From the NCBI GenBank assembly GCA_033442325.1, contig JAWQFM010000035.1, forward strand, positions 653,096-717,095: a stretch of DNA of 64,000 bases, read 5' to 3'. The translations under genes were made by a program, and so were the position numbers. Under the pieces are notes generated by a model, which saw nothing but the letters and a program-made list of their open reading frames with translations, was not told where the DNA came from and did no database searches. Positions within the stretch are counted from its first letter, which is position 1. Every line of letters starts with the position of its first letter. The stretch is from Salpingoeca rosetta (lineage: Eukaryota; Protista; Choanoflagellata). Shown piece by piece: positions 54,561 to 64,000 of the stretch.

Positions 54561-55035
54561 CGCACGCACGCACGCACGCACGCACACACACACGCACGCA
54601 CGCACACACACAACACACACACACACACAACNNNNNNNNNNNNNNNNNNNNNNNNNNNNNNNNNNNNNNNNNNNNNNNNNNNNNNNNNNNNNNNNNNNNN
54701 NNNNNNNNNNNNNNNNNNNNNNNNNNNNNNNNNNNNNNNNNNNNNNNNNNNNNNNNNNNNNNNNNNNNNNNNNNNNNNNNNNNNNNNNNNNNNNNNNNNN
54801 NNNNNNNNNNNNNNNNNNNNNNNNNNNNNNNNNNNNNNNNNNNNNNNNNNNNNNNNNNNNNNNNNNNNNNNNNNNNNNNNNNNNNNNNNNNNNNNNNNNN
54901 NNNNNNNNNNNNNNNNNNNNNNNNNNNNNNNNNNNNNNNNNNNNNNNNNNNNNNNNNNNNNNNNNNNNNNNNNNNNNNNNNNNNNNNNNNNNNNNNNNNN
55001 NNNNNNNGTGTGTGTGTGTGTGTAGTGTGTGTAGT

Positions 55036-55074
<39 letters not shown>

Positions 55075-56585
55075 TGTGTGTGTGTGTGTGTGTGCGTGTG
55101 TGATGGTGGCAGGAGTGAGAGTGGTGGATACTGGTAATCGCTGAAATGACGCTGTAATATCGAGCGTTGTTGAAATGTGATGCTTTGCCCTCCCTCCTCT
55201 CCCCGAGCTGTTGAATGGTGCGAAGTGGAGGTTCAACAGTGCTGACTTCGTTCGTACTGCATGCGTGCGTGTGTGCGTGTGCGGATGCTTTTTTGATCCA
55301 GGGCGTCATGCTGAGTCACGACAACATCACGTGGACCGCGCGCACCCTGGCACAGGTAAGCAGCACCGCCGCATGCGTTCGCACACAGCTACACATTTAT
55401 GCACATGCCCCACCTCAAAGTACGCACAAGCACACTTCACACGGACATACAGACAGACAGACACACACGCACAGACACACAGACACACAGACAGACACAC
55501 ACACACACACACACGCACACGCACACACACGCACACACACACACACACACGCACACACACTGAATACACACACACACACACCACCACGGGCGTGAAGGCG
55601 CTTGGGGCGGAGCCGGCGCAGGACCGGCTTGTGTCGTATCTTCCGCTGGCGAACATGGCGGCGCAGATGATGCACGTGTGGATGCCAATTGCAGCCGTCG
55701 CCACCGTCTACTTTGGCAAGCCGGACCCCTTTGAAAAGGTGCATACATATGCACATGCACATACGCACATGCACACATGTACACGTGCTCACGTGTACTT
55801 GTTTGTGTGGGTGGTTTCACATGTATGCGTTTGTGCTTGTGTTGGTCACCTTATGTGTTTGCTTGTACATCTTCATGTATGTACCTCATACACACCCATG
55901 CTTCCTCTCTAACTCACACATGCATACACATGCACACACATGCATACACATACACACATATACACACATATATCCCACTCATGTGACACCCCCCCCCCCA
56001 CACACACACACACCACCCCCTTCCAAGCTTGACTTCATGTCGACGCTGCGGGCTGCTAATCCGACGCTGTTTGTTGGCATTCCCTGGGTCTGGCGCCGCC
56101 TGTACGAGCACGGCAACGAGACAAAACGCCTCTCTGCCTGGGTGCGAACGCAGTGTACGCCCTTGCGCTTTGATGTGTGGCTGTGATATATGGGGCTGGT
56201 GTGCTGCGTGTGGGTTGGTGGTTGCGTTACTGTGGTTTGTGTGTGCCTGCATGAACACATTGAGTGGTACGTTCAACATGTGATGTGCGCTCGTACAAGC
56301 TTCATTTCCGCATCCCCTCACACGACCTCTCACCCTTCCTCCTCCCTGCTGCGCTTACTCAAACGCCTCGTTCATGAACACCACCGCCGCCACTGCCACG
56401 TGTGCGCGTGCGTGCCCACGTGTCAGGCTGCGCGCAAAGGGATGAAGGGGAGCATTCGTCTGCAGCGCGGGGAGGGGGTCAACTGGAAGTTCAAATACGC
56501 AAACAAGAACACCTTCTCCAAGATCAAGAAGGCCATTGGTACGAGTCTGCCAGTACGCACGACATCGTCACTGACGCTCGTGTGT

Positions 56586-56640
<55 letters not shown>

Positions 56641-57728
56641 GTGTGTGTGTGTGTCCGTGCGTGCTACATGGTGTCGACTGAAGATGAACATTTATGTTTG
56701 ACTCACACCGCTCCTGTTTCACTGCCCCCCCCCCCCTTGTTACCACAATCATGCACCCCTGTGTCCAGGCCTCGACGAGTGCCGACTGGCGATGTGCATC
56801 GACTCCAACCTGAGCCCGGCCATGGCCGAGTACTTCCTTGCCATCAACCTCCCTGTCTTTGAGTCGTACGGGTGCGCGGAGTGTGCTGGTGTGCACACCA
56901 TCTCAATCCCGGGCCAATCCCGCCCCGCTTCTGCAGGCAAGCAGCTGCCAGGCACACAGGTAATGCACGCTCTGTGTGTGTGTGCGTGCGTGTGTGTGTC
57001 TGTGTGTGTGTGTGTGTATTTCTGTGTCTGCCTGTACGTGCGTGTGTGTGTGTGTGTACATGTGCGTGCGTGCGTGTGTTTTGAAACGAAGTAGTCCCAC
57101 ACCTCGTATTCGCTTCCTCTTACCCCGTCTCCTCAACACGATCTGCTGCCACCACCACATCACTGCAGGTGCGCATGACGCACGGCTCGCACGAGATTCT
57201 GATGTACGGGCGGCATGTGATGATGGGCTATCTGTTTGATCCGGACGCGACGTCTGATGCCATTGACGAGCGCGGCTGGCTCCACACCGGCGACATTGGC
57301 CAGGTGCCGACTGCACTGGGGGAAGAGGTGGAGAGGGGGAGGGGCGACTGAGTGGAGGGGGAGGGGTGTTGGTAGCAAGTGTCTGCGTGCGTATGTGTGT
57401 GAGTGTGTGCGTATGTGCGTTTGTGTGTGTGTGTGTGTGTGTGTGTACATGTATGTGTGTATGTGTGCGTGTGTGTATGTGCATACGCATGTGCTGGCAA
57501 GCATCTGCGATTGCATCAGCATTCAACCATCTCACCACTCACCAATTCCGCCATCACCGCCACCACCTCTGCAGGCTGACCGGAGCGGGTTCCTGTATGT
57601 GACAGGACGTCAGCCGGACCTGCTGCTCACTGCTGGCGGCGCGTATGTTCCGCCCGTCCCCATCGAGACCGCGCTCAAGGTTCCTGCACACACGCACGAC
57701 AATGATGATGATGATGATGATGATGATG

Positions 57729-57804
<76 letters not shown>

Positions 57805-59530
57805 AAGTGTACGTGTCTCCACGCTTGCATGTTGCTTCACATTCCTCTCACACACGCCCTGTTTACCCCCCCCCAATCCTATTCACACGTGTGCCGCGGT
57901 CCAGGCTGAGCTGCGTGGTCTGGTGAGCAACGCTGTGCTCGTCGGCGCAAAGAGGAAATCGCTCGGTGTTCTCCTCACTCTCAACGTACGTTCCTTGTAC
58001 ACGATGGTGACACTGAATTGCAGCTCATGTGTGTGTGTGTGTGTGCGGGCGCGTGTGAGTGATTTGTGTGTGTCTTGTTTTTCACACTCCTGCTCACTGC
58101 TGAACACAAGCGCCGCGACTCACACCACCACCACACACCACCCCACACCACCCCACACCACCCCACACCACCGCATGCCACCATACACCACAACGCCAGA
58201 CGCTGACTGACGACCACTACACGCCGACGGACGAGCTTGCACCGGACGCCGTGTCCGTTCTGCGCGAGATGGGCTGCACCGCCACCACGGCCTCGGCCTG
58301 TCTAAACGGGCCCCACACAGACCGCGTGATGCAATTTGTGCATACTGCCCTTGAAAACGTCAACGCGAAGGTGGTGAGCGAGGACCAGCGTGTGACGCGT
58401 TTTGAGTTCCTCCCACGCGGATTGAGTCAGGACACGCGTGAACTTGGGCCGACGTTTAAACTTCGCCGTCACTTTATCGCCATCAGGGTTGGTCGACGGG
58501 GAAGAAGGACAGAAGAGAGGCGAGGAGAGAAGGAGGCGGTTGCATGAATGCATGTATGATGTGTTTGTGTGTGTGTGTGTGGGAAAGTGTGCGTGCGTGT
58601 GTGTGTGTGTGTGTCTGCGTGTGATTGTATTCGTTGTCTGGTTGTTTGTTTGTGTGTGTGTGTGTGTGTGCGTCATCAGTTGTATCTCTCGCTCTAACCA
58701 CCCATCCTCCTGCTCCTTTCCTCTGTGTGCCATCGTTCGTGTGTCTGCACAGCACGCGAATGTGATTGACCGGATGTATGAGGGCGAGGAATTGGACGAC
58801 TATGAGCAGCAGCCCTGGTACCACGGCCCAATCACCCGCGCCGACACCATCAACCTCCTCAAGGTGCGGGGAAGAGAATATGTGTTTTGTGTATGTATGT
58901 GTATGTGTGTGTGTATGTGTATGTGTGTGGGTGTGTGCATGCATCATCCTCGCATCATGTGTCTCTATTACCTCTCCCTGATGTACGTGAACATCCCACA
59001 CCGACTCACATCTCGCAATACACACACATACACACATACACATACACACACACACATCGTATACCACGCCAGCGTGATGGCGGCGGGTATGACGGGTGGT
59101 TCCTGATTCGTCTCAGCACAAAGGAGAAGAACACGTTTGTCATCACCCTGTGCTTCAAGGGCAAACTCTATCACAACCAGGTACACACGCATGTGAATGC
59201 GTTGCTTTGGGACGTGGACAGCACCTTTGGTTTCGTTCAATCCGCTCGCATGCAAACGTTGAATATCCATGTTCAAGTTTCACGTCGTTCAAATTTCTCA
59301 CCTCCTCACACTTCTCGCACCTCCACTGCTTAACCGCCTCCCCCGGGGCAACCTTGTTACGATAACAGATCAAGTATGCGGATGGGGTGTACAGCACGCA
59401 CAAGGACCAGGGCAACCACCAGTACAACACGCTGCAGGAGCTGGTGAACCACCACCGCGAGGGGAAGAACGGCTTCCAGACGGTCCTCACTCGCCCGTGT
59501 GCTCGCCCCACCGCCTCCACTTCCGTCTGA
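51620..59530 (+). CDS. Bubblegum-type long-chain acyl-CoA synthetase (ACSBG-like) with N-terminal extra domain and C-terminal SH2 domain
   Basis: [76 protein letters not shown]. In-frame exons then give PWYHGPITR...|..[14 protein letters not shown]...|...TLQELVNHH...LTRPC...*. The P-loop exon(s) probably lie in the 54632-55007 gap. Confidence 0.85.
52323..52783. other. Compositionally foreign, highly base-paired insert with T18 tract in an intron of the ACSBG-SH2 gene
   Basis: Non-repetitive ~460-bp block between TG-rich runs, with long stems containing G-U pairs and poly-T at 52509-52526. Confidence 0.5.
54632..55007. other. Assembly gap (~376 N), probably hiding acyl-CoA synthetase exons
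   Basis: N run. The conserved YTSGTTGxPK P-loop is missing between the flanking exons. Confidence 0.95.
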
Positions 59531-59761
59531 ACACACACGCGTCGGAAACTATGTGTGTGCGTGTGTGCGTGTGTGCGTGTGTGCGTGTGTGCGTGTGTGC
59601 GTGTGCGTGTGTGCGCGTGTGTGTATGTGCGTGCGTGCGTGCGTGTGTGTGCGTGTGTGTGCGTGTGTGTGTGTGCGTGTGTGTGTGTGTGTGTGTGTGC
59701 GTGCGTGTGTATGTGTGCAGAGTCATGTCTCCTTGCGCATAATGGCAAGTGTTTGCTTGCG

Positions 59762-59795
<34 letters not shown>

Positions 59796-60232
59796 GAACT
59801 GCACAATTTTTTGTTGTTCTGGAGCCACTGTTCCTTCCCGTCCTGATTCTGTTTCAGACACTTCCCCCGCCCTCCTTGCCTTCTTGCCTCTTCTTCCTCT
59901 CTGCTGTTGTTTCGTACCCGTGGCACTGCATGTGTGGGGTGTGACGTGCCAACTTGGCGTTCTGCTGCGGCAGTCGACGTCGGTGTCCGTGCAATTTGGC
60001 AGTTGTTCACGTCGCCTATCCGTGTTGCACATTCCCTTCTCCTTCTTCCCCCTTGTTTCCTCTTCTTTGACCCTTCTTCCCGGTTTGCTCCCGTCTCTCT
60101 TTGTCACCTTCACTTCCCTTCTGCTGCTCTTCTTCCCTCATCTCTCGTGCATGACCCCTCTCGCCCCTTACCGTGCCTCTGTCCTCATCGTTGTGGCAGT
60201 ACACAGCAAACGACACAAATGACAGACCGCGA

Positions 60233-60314
<82 letters not shown>

Positions 60315-60360
60315 GTTGTCGGCGCATATGTGGGCAAGGGTGTGGATGGCACAGTGATGT

Positions 60361-61018
60361 TTACATTGACAGTGTAACACAGCACAAAGACAACAACATT
60401 GCCAGTGTCACCCAGGTACAACGACAGCAATCGACGGGGTTGGCAGAGAACGAGCACAAGTGCCATGAACGACAACGGCAGCACGTCAAGGACAAATTAA
60501 GCGTAACGTAAACAGGAAGCAGAAACCACTCGTGCTGTTGTGCGCAGCGAGCGTTGGGAAAGTGAGGTGTGGCAGCACTGCATTACTGAAGCTCATGCGT
60601 TTGTGCACGTACACACATACACAGGCAAGCGCTCCGCGACACAACAGCAGCAACAACAGAGGTAACGTCGTTGGCGGTTGTGCGGTTGTGTGTCGGGTGT
60701 TCTCACACCTTGTAGAAATGGCGGCAGAACAGCATCGTCGCCGTCACAGCAACGACGGTGAGGGCAAAGTGGGAGTCGGACACGCGGACGGGCCCTTTGG
60801 TCTCTGTGATGGGGGCGCGCTCCCTCGTCACCGCAAACCTGATCATCTGCGTCGAGCCAGATGCACGCGTGCGCCTGGGCTTGGTGGCGGACTTGGCTGC
60901 CTGTGCAGGTTTCTCCTTGCGCTGTGTGGGCGGTGTTGGATGCCGGGCAGCAACTTTTGCGTAGGACACTACCAGCAGGCGCATGGGGAGGCAAGCAGCA
61001 AAGGGAGCAGGTGCAGAT

Positions 61019-61052
<34 letters not shown>

Positions 61053-61458
61053 GGTCTTTGAAGAGAGTGGGAAAGGCATGAAGCACAACGATCATGCAGC
61101 TCTGAGCACAAACACAAACACAACAAACAGACACAACAAGCAAACACACCGCAGTTCCTCAACGTAAGCATAACGCTGCACAAATACACACATGTATGTC
61201 TACCTTTGGCTGTGTTGCCGTTGCCATTCTGTGGCGCCACTGTTGCTGTACCTTCCTGCGTCTTTGGCTTCTTGGCTGCTGGAGGCTCCTTAGCCGCGTC
61301 CTGCTTTGTCATATTTTTGTTGCTGCTCTTTGTGCCATTGGGCCCGCGTCCCGCTGGCTGTGGTTTGCCGCCGTCTGGCTGGTGCAGGCCCTCAATGTAG
61401 CGCTCCAGCTCATCAAAAACAATTCGGCCATCCTACAAAATGTGTGTGTATGTAGGTA

Positions 61459-61490
<32 letters not shown>

Positions 61491-61500
61491 TGTGTGTGTT

Positions 61501-61584
<84 letters not shown>

Positions 61585-61964
61585 GTATGCGTGTTGTGTG
61601 TGTTGGTGGCAGGCAGTGCATTTGCGGCAATTCGTTTGGGACATGCGTGTGGGTGAACACTTCCAAGAAGAGCGAGGCATTGCAGGTGAACATTGTGTTA
61701 TTGTGCGTGCATGCAAGCAATGTCAAAGTTAATAAACATGTCCCTCGTACGTGATCGGCATCGAGCTCGTTCCAGAACGTCTTCCAATGGAAGTTCTCGC
61801 CATAATGGAGCAGCTTCTGCAGGCCCGCGTCCTGGAATGCAGCAGGTGCGCCGGCCAATGGGGGTGAATGCAGGTGAGGGGAGTGGTGGTGGTGGTGGTG
61901 AGCTACAGTACAGTAACGTGGCGATAACGCACGACAACATTGCACGACGAAAGGAAGACGACAC

Positions 61965-62000
<36 letters not shown>

Positions 62001-62158
62001 AACCACATCACATCATCACTGCATTGCTGGCAACGAAAGCATACCTTGTGCACGAGCTTCTTCAGCTCGTTCTTGCTGAGCCAGCCGTTGCCATCTGCGT
62101 CTGCTGCAACCAGGATCTCCCTGGCCTTGGCCGCGGCCTGCTTGTGGTCCATCGTCAT
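60361..62158 (-). CDS. EF-hand calcium-binding protein with basic linker and hydrophobic C-terminus
   Basis: EF-hand 1 ADADGNGWLSKNEL; EF-hand 2 split by an intron, LDADH|DGRIVFDEL. Lys/Pro/Ala-rich linker, then HFALTVVAVTATMLFC. The final exon and stop at 60361 are uncertain. Confidence 0.68.
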
Positions 62159-62397
62159 CGTGAGGAGGGAGAGGAGGTTGTGGGCGCTGTGCGGTCTGCT
62201 TCTCGAGTCGTCTGCTGGTTGGATGGTGTGCAACTGCAAGCAAGCAAGAGCACAAAAAAAAAATTGCTGCTACTCGGCGTCCGCGACACCATTAACAGTA
62301 GCGGATACAAGGGAGTGTGGTGGAACAGAACTCACACACAAGCAAGTCAAGCACACACACGAGCAAGCACACACACGCACACACACACTGTGTCACG

Positions 62398-62903
62398 ATG
62401 TCGTCGTGCTTCCAGTGCAAGTCGCTGTCTGCCCGGCGTGTAGATCGCGTGTTCCCGCGCGATGACACCAACGTGCCAAGACGAGGTGAGGTGCAAGGAA
62501 TGTGAGAGATGGGGGGGATTGGGGGAATATGTGGGTGGATGGAAAGTTGGGTGCGCTCATGGCGTGCGTCCATCAACGCCATCAACAGCAGACACGATCA
62601 CGAACCGGCTGTTGCTTGTCATATCACGTTCCTCTCTATCATGTTGTCTTCTCTCATCTCAGTACTGCACACTCTTCACCACTGCGTCGTTCACGCACGA
62701 ATTCCACGTTGCAGATGCGCTGCAACACTTGTCATGGTACTGCCTGTCGCATGCGCGGAAGCTGCCGAAGATCTCGCGCTACCTGGCCAGACGCATCAAG
62801 GCTGCAGAGGCCAGGGGACAGCACTCGTGAGTCTCCCTCGCTGTCGCGTACATTCCCTGTCTTCCTCCATTCGTGTTCGTGTGTGCGTGTGTGTGTGTGT
62901 GTG

Positions 62904-62952
<49 letters not shown>

Positions 62953-63322
62953 CGTATCTCGTTGACCGGTTGAACTCACAGCTCCTTTGTACTGATCTCG
63001 CCACGTGCTGTGTGCTTCCCTTTGTCTATGTGCAGGCGCGTGTCTGTTGGTTTGCAAATCTTTGATGAGCTGATACGCAAGTGCCACACCGAGGCACGGC
63101 TGTTCTTACAGCAATATCTCCTCGTCTTGCTGGACCTCCTCACCTCAGAGCATCCGTATCACGCCGTGGCCGTGGAATCGGTACGTGCTTTTCTTTGTGA
63201 AGGGCGATGAGGGGCCCGCTGTCATGGATGCACCGTGTATGCCACCCGCACACACCTACCATGTCACCACATCTTCACACAAGCCCATAAACGTCACACC
63301 CCCACCCCCACACACATACACA

Positions 63323-63412
<90 letters not shown>

Positions 63413-63567
63413 ATCACCCACACACACACAACCGCAAACAAACACATTTTCCAGTTTGAGCGGTTTGCGGGCATTGATGCAGACACGCCCGTATATCGGC
63501 ACATGTGCGCAGACTTCATCCGCGTCTTTAGTTCGCTCTGCTGGTGCACAGAGGCACCACAAGACAG

Positions 63568-63605
<38 letters not shown>

Positions 63606-63853
63606 GCGTGTGCGTGCATGGTACAGGAGAGGCACCACTTCTTGTCGTTGTGCCCTTCCTCCCTCCCACCCATTCCTCGCAGCCTCTCTGTCAGCACATC
63701 ACACGCTCATCCCATCACACGCTCATCCCATCACACGCTCATGCCATCACATCACGTTCCATCACATCACGTCACAATGTCCATGGCAACACCATCAGCG
63801 ATGAAGCTGTGCGCATGTCAGGCCTGCGGGGGTTGGCGGCCATTGTCGAGAAG
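62398..63853 (+). CDS. EFR3: EFR3 homolog (PI4KIIIalpha plasma-membrane anchor), 5' part; continues past the right edge
   Basis: MSSCFQCK...RRVDRVFP|..LQHLSWYCLSHARKLPKISRYL..|..FDELIRKCH..|FERFAGIDADTPVY...|..RMSGLRGLAAIVEK matches the EFR3 N-terminal pattern, including N-terminal Cys residues. Confidence 0.87.
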
Positions 63854-64000
63854 GTAGGGGCAGCCACACCCCTGTCTCCTGCTGTTGTGCCATGTGTGCT
63901 TCTCAAACCACGTCCTGCCACTATCATTCCCTCTCTCCTCTCCTCTCCTTCTTGCTCTCATCTCCCCCACGCCCACCTCAACTTCGACCATTACCCCGTG

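Noticed and set aside
55177-55245. Possible C/D box snoRNA (GTGATGC...CTGA with an 8-bp internal hairpin)
   Set aside because: Box C is imperfect, the terminal stem is weak and no rRNA-complementary guide was recognised. It would need a snoscan hit.

Overview
Intron-dense eukaryotic DNA saturated with (CA)n/(TG)n and (CAA)n microsatellites. Gene content and intron style suggest a choanoflagellate such as Salpingoeca rosetta (inference). Most ORF-track entries are repeat-derived noise. Manual splicing gives about 16 genes. In order: three tandem minus-strand CYP4-clan-like P450 bodies; a GBP/atlastin-family GTPase with an apparent signal peptide and C-terminal TM helix; an annexin A7/A11-like gene; RPB4 (POLR2D); a PXA-PX-Nexin_C sorting nexin; an intronless prenylcysteine oxidase; cortactin; a GST-C-like (AIMP/EF1-type) protein; an intronless block of three secreted receptor-L-domain proteins with a cubilin-N-like trimerisation leader plus an F-box/LRR-like gene; a bubblegum-type acyl-CoA synthetase fused to an SH2 domain; an EF-hand protein; and the 5' part of EFR3. 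Main points for follow-up: (i) the cubilin-NTD/L-domain family; (ii) the ACSBG-SH2 fusion; (iii) the apparently lumenal GBP; (iv) a P450 body with no first exon of its own, next to a paralog carrying an in-frame TAA; (v) two compositionally foreign, strongly base-paired ~430-460 bp inserts inside intronic (TG)n tracts. Four assembly gaps are present. Exon boundaries were read by eye and not checked against transcripts.
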